A DNA stretch of 64,000 nucleotides from the human T2T-CHM13v2.0 reference genome, Homo sapiens, in assembly GCF_009914755.1 (NCBI RefSeq), contig NC_060944.1. One strand, 5' to 3'. Shown in pieces: positions 49,345 to 58,830 of this stretch (the stretch's first letter is position 1; each line of letters opens with the position of its first letter). A program made the translations under genes and the position numbers. The notes below the pieces were generated by a model. It made no database searches. It was not told the origin of the DNA and saw only the letters and a list, made by a program, of their open reading frames with translations.

Positions 49345-49500
49345 TCGGGGCGTTGGTGAAAGCAATAAAACTCAGATCGCTTCCTTGGCGAGATAGCGGC
49401 GGCTATAATGCGCCGGGGGGATCAGGGGTTTATTTGCAGATCCTGGATAAAAGATGATATATCGACACGGTTTAGAGTGTCACTGCGCTTGGCCTCTCAG
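47900..49500. promoter_or_regulatory. CpG island downstream of NKX2-2
   Basis: Very high GC and CpG density with no repeat homology; boundaries by eye. Confidence 0.75.
49311..49343 (+). repeat. (TG)n microsatellite (others at ~12509-12540 and ~26774-26789)
   Basis: Direct reading. Confidence 0.95.
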
Positions 49501-50854
49501 GGAGCCACAAGTACATATTTCCTGAAATACCGCCCAGCACAGTATCTAATCCGCCCGCCACTTAACACCGGGAGGGGAACTTCAGCAGCGCACAAGCGCG
49601 CTCCCGGTTTCCTGGTTCTGGGTGGGGAGAGCCCAAATGAGAAGGATCTGGTATGCCTAGACGCCCCCTCCCCTGGCCTTTGTCTTCAGTCCAAGTAATC
49701 ACTTAGCGATGGGCCTTAATAAATACGTCTGAGAACTGTCCTTATGCTCGGTAAATATTGGATTAGCTTTTCAATGACCAGGCTCTTGAAAAGGCTCGAG
49801 AAATACACACCAGGTCTCAACTAAGCCCAACAGTCAATAGGTAAGGAAATAAGTTATTTCCCCATCTGAGGTGGGGAATGTTGGGAAGGGGGACTTCCAC
49901 TCTTACCAAATTATCTGATTCTACTAAATATGACCGTTGTACTAAATAGGAAAGGGGGCGCATCCAAGTTTCCCATTAGTCGGAATTTCCACCAGCTCAG
50001 TTCTGCTCATTAAGGGCCGAGTGACTTTGTGGGGAACATATCTGGGTTCCAGTTTTTATTTCCACAGAGCTCAGCATAAACTATTTTTGTTTAGTACATA
50101 TGGTTTATTTGGGGACTGCTTATGGGAGTTTTGACCTGGCAATTGCAGGGGAGAAGGCATGACCCAAATTATTTCCGACTGCCTCGCGCCAATTTGGACC
50201 GCTTAGAGGAGGCAAAAAATGGGCAAATTCCTTGGAAGCCCTGCTGTGTCTCCCTGGTACTGAATTTTGTAAGCACGCGATACAGGAGACATTGAAAATT
50301 AAAGAGGAAGTATCTCCCTCCTCCAACATGGGGAGAGACGCTGTTGGAAGAAGTTTCTGAAGTGGTTTCCCATCGCACCAAGAGGCCAGTGGGATGGATC
50401 CCCGCGCATAATTCAAAGGAACGCGCGCGTCTTTAGCTCTTCGGGGTTGGTAACCAAGTGGTCCGGCCGGGCGCAAGTCGCCTTGGAACCGGCTGCAGCC
50501 CAAGTCTAGCTGGGCCCGGGACTGAGCGGCACCCTTGGCCTCTCAGAACCTTTCTCGCGGTGAGTGGAAGGGCGGCTCCGCGCGCGGGCGCTTCGGGGCC
50601 GGTCGGTTGCGAAATCAGGGGGTGGATTTTCATCTACCCAGGAGCCGCTAAGCCCGTAGGGGACCGAGCATCACCCAGGCCCTGGGTACCCTGAGTTGCC
50701 TCCTGAGCCCCAGGACGGTCCGATGGTGCAGAGCTCCCAGGCAGAAGTTAGTTTCCTGATACACACACAGCAGTGAGCAAAGTGCGCACAAGTGAGCCAA
50801 ACCCTGAAGACGCAGGTTCGCGGACTCCCATCCCAGCGTTAGAGTCAAGGAGAC

Positions 50855-50998
50855 AGAAGAGAGGAAGGAGAGAAGTGAGGAAGGGAGAGAGATTATGAGA
50901 AAAAGAGATTATGAAAGTAGAGAAAGAGATTATGAGAGCGAGATTATGAGAAGAGAGAAAAAGAGAGATTTTGAGAGAGAGAGACAGAATGAGAGAGA
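50855..50998 (+). repeat. Purine-rich tract with repeated GAGATTATGA unit
   Basis: Units at 50889, 50905, 50926, 50940; variant GAGATTTTGA at 50965. Confidence 0.85.
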
Positions 50999-53682
50999 TC
51001 CAACTTTCAGTGTCACGGGGCCTAGGCGGGGCAAGCGCCCTCCGAAGCCATCAAAGACAGGGGTGGCTTTTTCTCCCCTCCTCCAGCCTCCTCCCCAATA
51101 GATATAGCACGAATTTTTAATGCGTCTTCCTTTCACAGACAACAATACAGGGTTTGAAAGCCGGACACAATTTAGGTTTTGTGCGGGTCCCTCCTCGCGC
51201 TCCCTCGGCCCAGCTGGCCATATGGAATCCAGCATGGAGCCCGTGGATGACAAAGGGACCCAGTGACAGGCCCAACAAAACCCCAAGGAGACTTCTGCCT
51301 GACTCCGGGATTCACTGCCGGCGATAAGCGCGCTGAATGGTGCGGGGTGGGGCGGGGGGTGGGGGGCGGGCCCCTTCTCCTTCTTCCCCTCTCTCTGTCC
51401 CCGCGATCCTTTCTCTGTCCCTTTTTAATATGCACGCCTCTAACATCTCCGGCTCCCAGCTTTCCCATTGTGCGGTTTTGTACCGCCCGCTGTAGATTGG
51501 GCGAAGATAGACTGCTGAAGCGGACCCCGCGCCGGGTGCGCTCCCAGGGCGCTGGGGTTAGGGCCACACAGGGCTCCGCAGGCGCTTTTATTGACTCCAT
51601 GGGGACCCGAGGACAGAGAGAGGCGGGCGCCGGGTCCACCTCCCGGGCTCCCGGCCGGCCACAGGAGCGCACACCCAGATTGCAGGCCCGCGGTCCTGGC
51701 CACAGCTCCAAATTTGTCCTCAATGAGCAAGTGGTGGAAGCCTGCCAGGGTGAGGACCTTCCACGCTTCCCCCTTCCTCTCTGGAAACCTGAGGGTCTCT
51801 TGTGATCATTCTCACCCTGGAAGCCCTGGGGCCTGGAAAAGTCAAAATGGCCTCAGGCCTTCTGACAGCTCCGCTCCAAGAGACTTGAAACCCTCACCTT
51901 TCCTCCCAAGAGGATTTTGGGATTAGGGGAAGTTGCAAGTGGATGTTGAGTGGTTAGTACCAGGGCAGGTTGGGCGTTCAATTATTGCACAACAAACTAT
52001 TTGGGAGAAATTCGTTGGCCTTTAAAAACAGTAAGACATAAGCCCCCAAACATTGCCAAGCTAGTGTGGAGAACAAAGGGAGACCTTTTAGCATTTAGAA
52101 AAACTGCCCTTTCCCCGAGGATGAGCCCGGAGATGGGAAAGGACCTTTACTGGGGTATTAGAAAGACTTCCGAGCCCTCAATTATCCAGGGGCGGTGTGG
52201 AACGCGGGAATAAAGTGTCATCGCGTCCCTGGGCTGCTGCGCAGAGTGCTATCGACGCACAGATTTGGTCGCACGGATAATCATGTTTGCTTTAGATATT
52301 GAATTAAACCTGATCATCAACTACAGGGAGCGAGAAAGTCAGCTGGGACCGCTCCTTTTGCCCGGCCTCCTCACTGCCACCCAACCCCCCAGCCTTGATG
52401 GTGCAGCTTCGGAGAGAACAGAGATACAATTTCCAAATGCGCCGACGTTCAGTCCCTCAGCGTCTGCAGCACCCGCTGGGCTCTGAGCTAGAGTCCCAAG
52501 TATTTTTAGAAACCCGCGAGATAGAGGAGAAAGGCTCATCCTCCAGTTGGCCAGGCTTCCTAAGACGCTCCCCCGCGTGGCCAAGTGTGCGCCAGCATCT
52601 GCCAAGGAGATCTTCCTCCAGCAACAAGGGTGGGACGGAATCCGTTCCCCGCCGGAAAGATGGATGCGCCCTTCCCGGGCGTGCCCGGGGCTGTGTGCCC
52701 ACTTCCCATCCGGGGAGCTCACCCCACCCCCAAACCTCTACTTCCTAGCAATCCACCCAGTTCCACGCTCAAGGGCTGACCTGGGGGGACCGCACACCCT
52801 GGTTCGGACCGCCGAACGCTGGAGGGAAGGAGGCCCGGGATCCAGTCCCCGGAGAGAGGCCTGGAAGCCCGGAAAGGATGGGAGCGTAAGGGAAGGGAGA
52901 GGCATGGTTTGCTGGGATTGCCAAAGATTCTCGCTCCCTGGCTTCCTGGGGCCAAAGATCCTAGGGAGGGCTGCAGTATCCCCTCCCTCCCCCGAGCCCA
53001 GAACCCCGCGTACTTCCCCCAAGCCCCCTAAGCCAAAGCCTCGCGCGCCCTGACCGTTCCCACCCCCAGCCTTAGCGGTCTCCTAGGTCAGCACCAGCCC
53101 GCAGATTTTGAAAAGGAGTGGGGAGTGGGGAGAAGGCAGCCAGTCTTAACCTCAGACCCCCACCCACCCACTTTCTTAGCGTGAGGTAAGTCAAATGTAA
53201 CAAAGTGAAAGTCATCGAGTGTAGTGGCTTCAACAGCTTCTCAGGCTGAAGGAGCCACTCATAGATTTGGGCCAGCGAGGGGGGTTTGCTCTCCTCGCCT
53301 TTGCGGCTCCCGAAGTCACTTTTCCTCCCGTAGCCGGACGCTGCCGCCCGGGGTTCAGACAGCGCGCGAGACCAGGGGAGATGCGGGGGAGGGTGGGCGG
53401 CCCTGGGCTTCCGGCCGACCGCTCGCAGGCCGGAGGCCGAGCGTTCTCCTCCCCGCCCCAATCCTAGGCGCGGGGTGCAGCCTGTGGTCGGAGGGGCCTG
53501 CACCGGGAGCCCCGCCCGCCCCAGGGCCCCGGTACCCCCGGCCTCCCCGCCCGAGAGGAACCGCCTGTGGGAGCCCCGCGGGCGGCCGGGCCCGGCTCCC
53601 AGGCCCAGGCCTCCGGCCCGGCGCAGTAGGACAAACGGGAGGGCAGGGATTTTTTCTTTTTTTCTTTTTTAAACACAGGATT

Positions 53683-53688
53683 TTTATT
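53683..53688 (-). terminator. Polyadenylation signal of NKX2-2
   Basis: tttatt on + = AATAAA on -, ~880 nt after the stop, at the edge of the AT-rich UTR before GC-rich flank resumes. Confidence 0.8.
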
Positions 53689-54448
53689 AAAATTCTTATT
53701 TAAAAAATCGAAAGCTTTCTGCGCCCGGCGCTGTTGGGGAACCGCGCCGAATAGCTGAGCTCCAAGTTCGGGGCTGAAGGCCCGGAGGACAGGGCAGAGG
53801 GCTCCCTGCCTACAGGGTTTTCTTTTCCATATTTGAGAAATGTTTGCACAATAAAATAAAAAGAGAAAGGAAGAAAGCAGGGGAAAACGCAAAAACAAAA
53901 ACAAAACAAAAAACAAACCCAAACAAGCCACAAAGAAAGGAGTTGGACCCAGACGGGAAACAGGCCGGTCCTGAAGGTCATTTTGGCAACAATCACCACC
54001 GATATTTACAACGAAAAGCGAAATCTGCCACCAGTTGTCAGAACGTTTACATGGCCATAAATATTTAGCATTTTCTTATTTTTTTTTAAAAAAAGGAAGA
54101 AATTCTCTGTATTTTTAAAGTGTTCTCCACTTGCTTTAGAAGACGGCTGACAATATCGCTACTCACACAAACATATTTTACAAAATGCACGAAAGCAGGG
54201 GTGGGGGGTCGGTCTTTTTCTCGTTTTCAAGTGACGACATTAACGCTGGGACGGTTTGGTCCCCCCGGGGAGAGGCAAAGAAGCGAAGCTGCGCAAACAT
54301 TCTGTAAACACGGCGTAGAGTTCAGCCCTCTCCCAAGGTTCAGAAGGAGAGGCATGGGCAGAGCTGGGTGGGTGGAATCTGCCACTCCAAGGAGACGCAG
54401 GCAACCTCCCGGCGCCTCCCTAGTGGAGCCGAGAGTCAACTCGACTCC

Positions 54449-54476
54449 ATAATAATAATTATAATAATAATAATAA
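54449..54476 (+). repeat. (AAT)n microsatellite in the NKX2-2 3' UTR
   Basis: ataataataattataataataataataa. Confidence 0.9.
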
Positions 54477-54562
54477 CCACCATAAGGACCGAGGCCTCCT
54501 CGCCGCCACCGCCGCCGGGGTGGGGCCTGGGCCTGGGGCCGCGAGTCTCGTTGGGGCGGCGC

Positions 54563-55125
54563 TCACCAAGTCCACTGCTGGGCCTGGACCAGGGGGTGTG
54601 CTGTCGGGTACTGGGGGGTGCTGGCCGAGCTGTACTGGGCGTTGTACTGCATGTGCTGCAGCGACTGCGCGCTGTAGGCAGAAAAGGGAATGCCCGCCTG
54701 GAAGGTGGCGGCTGCCAGGTCCTGGGCTTTGAGCGCGTGACATGGTTTGCCGTCCCTGACCAAGACGGGCACGGCCACCCGGCGCGGCGAGGGCAGGGGC
54801 GTCACCTCCATACCTTTCTCGGCCCGGGCGCGCTTCATCTTGTAGCGGTGGTTCTGGAACCAGATCTTGACCTGCGTGGGCGTGAGGCGGATGAGGCTGG
54901 CCAGGTGTTCGCGCTCGGGCGCCGACAGGTACCGCTGCTGCCGAAAGCGCCGCTCCAGCTCGTAGGTCTGCGCCTTGGAGAAAAGCACTCGCCGCTTTCG
55001 CTTCTTGCCGGCGTCCCCCCCGCCGCCCGGGGTCTCCTTGTCATTGTCCGGTGACTCGTCGGCCGAGGGCTCCGGGGACTTGGAGCTTGAGTCCTGAGGG
55101 GGCGCCCCGGCAGCCAGACCGTGCA
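54563..55125 (-). CDS. NKX2-2: NK2 homeobox 2, coding exon 2 (563 nt; homeodomain ~55003-54824, NK2-specific domain)
   Basis: Pyrimidine tract plus CAG|TGCAC acceptor at 55126/55125; [12 protein letters not shown]...[11 protein letters not shown] (Tyr54 NK2-class homeodomain), NK2-[17 protein letters not shown], ends QQWTW-TGA at 54565-54563; 259+563=822 nt = 273 aa plus stop. Confidence 0.98.
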
Positions 55126-56050
55126 CTGGGGGGAGGGGGAGAGAGAAGCGCGTCAGGCGTCTGGAGGCCGCGCGCAGCCTGCACCAGACTCGGAGCACCC
55201 TGGATCCTCCGTGCGACCCTGGACCTCCGCGCCTGGCAGCCCAGCCCCGCTGCCTTTGCCATGACCCCTGCCTTCCTCTACGCCTGACGAAGACGTCGGG
55301 ACCTCCCAGGGTAAAGAGGGAAATCCGTAGGAGTGGGGGCTAGGGGCTCGCCTTTCAAGGGGCTCACATAGTGTGGGTGAGAATTTGGGGGGGGAAGTGG
55401 CACTGAAGATCATCGCGGGTTAAGGGCTCCGGCGCCCTTAAGCGGTTTCCTCTCCGGCGAGACGTGGGCAGATTTTTAAAAGAAATACCCCACAATCCCA
55501 GCATTGATCGGCTCGGCCATTTAAGGCAGGTTTTTGGGGGCTTTCGTTTCTGCTTTCGGGCCTTCTAGACACCCCCTGCACTGCACAAAGCGTCCTCTAT
55601 GATCGCGCAGGGGGCAGGGTGAGCTATTTATACCCGGGCCACCCGAAGCCTCCCCACCCTCCACCCGTACCCGGACGAGGCTCGCTGGCTACCTCCAGGG
55701 CGCCAGGCCAGTCCCTCCCAGCGGCCGGAGTCCGGGGGCTGCGGCTGGAGCCATCGGTCCGGGTTGACATCATATACCAGCCCCTGGGAGGTATAGCCCT
55801 TCTCCCTCTTTCTCCTTAACTTCTCGCATTGAAAAAAATTTTGGAGACCAAGTTCTTTCCCGGAACTAAGGAGGCTTGAAGAGGAGGGCAGAGGACATCC
55901 TATACAGGTGTTAAAAATCTTTCTACGGATCCGAGTGAGGGGGTCCGGGCTTACATGGCCCCTTCCCCTTTCACTCCCAGCGTCCAACCCGGGCTGCGGC
56001 TGCAGGAATGGAGGGGACCACGGCCTCGGCAGCCAAGTTTTGCTACTTAC

Positions 56051-56309
56051 GGGAGTACTGAAGGCCCTCGGTGCTGGCCAGCCAGCGCGTGTACGGGTTG
56101 TCGCTGCTGTCGTAGAAGGGGTTCTTCAGGGGCAGGCTCTGCACCGCGTCCAGGGCGCCCTGCCCCAGCGGCCCGGCCCTCTTGGCTGGCTCGGGCCCCT
56201 CGTTCTCTTCCTCCGGACCTTCGGCCACAGAGCCCTCCTCATCGTTGGTGTCCGGCAGGTCTAAGATGTCCTTGACCGAAAACCCCGTCTTTGTGTTGGT
56301 CAGCGACAT
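56051..56309 (-). CDS. NKX2-2: NK2 homeobox 2, coding exon 1 (259 nt; includes TN/eh1 motif [10 protein letters not shown])
   Basis: ATG at 56309 (ACCATGT context) gives [19 protein letters not shown]...EGLQYS; consensus donor CCC|GTAAGT at 56051/56050; phase 1. Confidence 0.98.
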
Positions 56310-56705
56310 GGTTCGAGACCCCAAAATTTATGTCGCAAAGTTGTAGCTTCACTTGGTCAATTCGTGGCGCTCCCCTGCCCCGGCGGGCGGGGGAGGGGGG
56401 AGTTGGGGGGAGGGACTGGGGGAGGGGAGGGGGGAATTGGCTTTAATTATTGGGATAATTATTATTTTTAAAAAGAGAAAGAAACTGGGGATGGGGAGGA
56501 AAAAAATGAAGCCCAACCCAGTGCCTCTCTCTGTCTTCTTTGAAAGCACGCGGAAATGGACGCAGGAAGCCGGGCGGCCTGCGCGCCGAGCGCCGCGGGC
56601 CCCGGCCTTAGTTTCTAACTCCAGGAGGGGTGCCAAGGCGGCGTCAGCTCGGGCTCCGGCGGCCGCTCGGCGCGCGGTGGCGGCTGGTGGCGAGGAAAAA
56701 ATGGG
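56310..56705 (-). other. NKX2-2: NKX2-2 5' UTR of the proximal-promoter transcript (TSS approximate)
   Basis: Starts ~25-30 nt downstream of TTATAT at an Inr/YY1-like CCATTTT; no upstream ATG seen between 56706 and 56310. Confidence 0.65.
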
Positions 56706-57130
56706 CCATTGCCCGAGCGATCAGTCCATATAAGGCTGGGCTCCACTCACGAACCTGGGGAGGCGGGGAGAGGGGGAGAAAGAGAGGGAGGGAGGGAAAG
56801 AAAGAGGGAGGGAGGGGGAGCGAGAGAGGGAGCGGGAGAAGGGTGGAAAAAAGGGGGAAGAGACATTAAAAACGCAAAGGTTGGCCACGTGTGGGCGGGT
56901 CTTGGGAGTCAAGTGGATGAAGACAGTATTTGCAGATGTGAAATTGTGGGTTTTGGGGAGCTCCGCGCTCCCAGCCAACGGCCCTCTAGAGCAAGATGAG
57001 AGGTGTAACGTGTCAATTAATTGCAAAGACGGGGCGAGCCTTTTTTTTTTTAAACCCAGTATTTACATACAAAGGGCCACCGCGTCGCTCGCGAGTCCAC
57101 ACACTTGAAAGGGCCGTTTTAACAAATTGC
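56700..57130 (-). promoter_or_regulatory. NKX2-2 proximal promoter
   Basis: CCATATAAGG (TATA-like plus CArG) 56726-56735; CACGTG 56886-56891; GC box 56893-56898; NKX site TCAAGTG 56909-56915; FOXA-type TATTTGC 56927-56933 abutting E-box CAGATG 56933-56938; TATTTAC 57060-57066; CACTTGA 57102-57108. Confidence 0.8.
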
Positions 57131-58539
57131 ATCTTAAAAAAGGTGGGGGTGGGGAGGAGGAGGGGAGAAAACAAAACAGAAACCAGGAGGAGGGAAAAAA
57201 TCCTCTTTAACATTCACCGGTTCCTACCTCCCCGCCCCCGCGCGCCCACCCCCGGCAAGCCGGAAAATTGGCGATTTGTGGCGCCTTTGGAAAAGGGGGA
57301 GGGGGCGAAGGCCGAGCTGCGGAAATCTCTCCTTTCCATCGTTGGTGGTTGCCTAAACAAGATCCGGTTCAAATGGCAAGAGCCCAACTTCTGTAAGCCT
57401 CCTAGGTCAATATTTTGGTTGAGGCTTAAGGATGAGTGCTAGAAATGACAAGGCAAGTAATTGATTCCAGTTAACCGCGAGAGAGCCCAAAACCCAGGAG
57501 AGAGCTCCGCTCCGGGCCGGCCAGAGCCACCACCAAGCGACCCGCCCCCTTCCAGCCGCCCTTTATTTGCTAAAGACTCATTTATTTCCTTCACTCCGCC
57601 TCCCCCCACCTCCCACCCCCAACCCCCCGCCTCCACCTCTCTGCGGCCAAGGAGGACGCGCAGTTCACTTTCTGCTTTGCGGGCGGTCCCGGGGAGGGCG
57701 GGGTAAGAGTGAGGAGCTCCAACTTCGTCTGGGGTCGGACCCTGGCCCTGCTGCCTCTGGGCTCTGCGGGCCTCTTTCCCCGGGTGGAGGAAAGGGCAGA
57801 CGGCCCTGCTCTTTCCTGCCCTCTATTATCCCTCCCTCTCCGGCCCCCTCCCTCTCCAGCCTCTGGCTAGAGGTGGAGCAGCGGGAAGGCGGCGGGGCGG
57901 GATTGCGGGGGTGGGGGTGGGGGTTGTGTCTCCAGCCTGGGTGAAGACCCAGAAAGCTGCGGGGGAGGGGGGTCGCTGGGTGGCCCGACGATGCCTCGTT
58001 TTCTCCCCAGTTTTCTTCTCCCACGCGAGTTCTTTAGTGTGGTCTCTTTTTGGACGCCTTGGGTGCGTTCGGAGTACGCGCTCCACGTTTCCAGGTTAAG
58101 TCAGGTTAGTGTGAAGTTTCCAGCCACTCTCGGCTCTGGGAACTGAACTTTCCCGGGACTTGCACTTCCTCCTCGGCGCTGGGGTTGGAAAAGACCACGC
58201 CGCATTTGCCACCCCTTCTTCTAGTTAAAACTTTTTTGGGGGGGGGGTGCAGGGGTGTAGATTGGCTACCTGATGCTCGTTCGCCCCAGAGGAGTGTCAG
58301 GAAGGAGCTTTGTCTGGGGGCGGGGAGGGGCACAGAAGGCCACCCCTGCGGGGTCCAGGTCTAGTCTTCCCACAACCTGGGCTCCTCCGCGCGGGCCAAG
58401 CTGAGCGCGCGGGCACCGGGTCCTCCTCGCGCGCAGCTGCAGCGGACGCCGCCGCGCCCCAGCTGCCCCCGGGTTGCCAGCGCTGGGTGAGGGCACCTCT
58501 CCCCGAGCCGCTCGGCGGCTTTCTGCAGCCCTAGCTGCC

Positions 58540-58830
58540 TCGCCCCCAGTATGTGACGTGGGTGACAATGGCCCAGGTTAGAGCAAGCCCCTCGTCGGCG
58601 CGTCCTGGGTGGTCGGACCCGGGCAAACACAAATACAAACCGATTGCTAAGCTGCGGACAATGAGCGAAATGTAGACAAATGTCCCGCTCCCGTTGGAAG
58701 CCTTTGTCCCGGCTCGGTTTTTGCATTTATTTCAGTGGCGAAATAATACATGATTGACGCTCTCTTTCAATGTGTCCTAACTGTTTGGAATAAATCTAAG
58801 GTTGTTCCTAGTTGTCATGGCATTCAACCC
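58540..58830. promoter_or_regulatory. Shh-responsive GLI/SOX enhancer of NKX2-2 (ventral neural tube p3-type CRM)
   Basis: Perfect GLI consensus TGGGTGGTC (=GACCACCCA) 58606-58614; SOX ACAATG at 58565-58570 and 58658-58663; FOX GCAAACA 58623-58629; HMG-type CCTTTGT 58701-58707; ~1.9 kb upstream of TSS, consistent with the known Gli-dependent Nkx2-2 enhancer. Confidence 0.8.

Larger units (their letters stand above)
53665..54562 (-). other. NKX2-2: NKX2-2 3' UTR (end approximate)
   Basis: Between the stop codon and AATAAA at 53688-53683; U-rich tracts, (TAT)n repeat after the stop, UGUAAAUA element at 54010-54003. Confidence 0.8.

Noticed and set aside
54368-55054. 228-aa plus-strand ORF antisense to NKX2-2 exon 2, and a possible antisense lncRNA (NKX2-2-AS1 is described at this locus)
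   Set aside because: Non-ATG start, poly-Ile from the (ATA)n repeat, shadow of a GC-rich CDS; the lncRNA boundaries cannot be derived from sequence alone
55126-55198. N-terminal extension MLRVWCRL... of the 211-aa ORF
   Set aside because: Intronic; the true exon starts at acceptor 55125
56310-56324. MGSRT extension before MSLTN
   Set aside because: Begins at a TTG; the first ATG is 56309 and gives the known 273-aa protein
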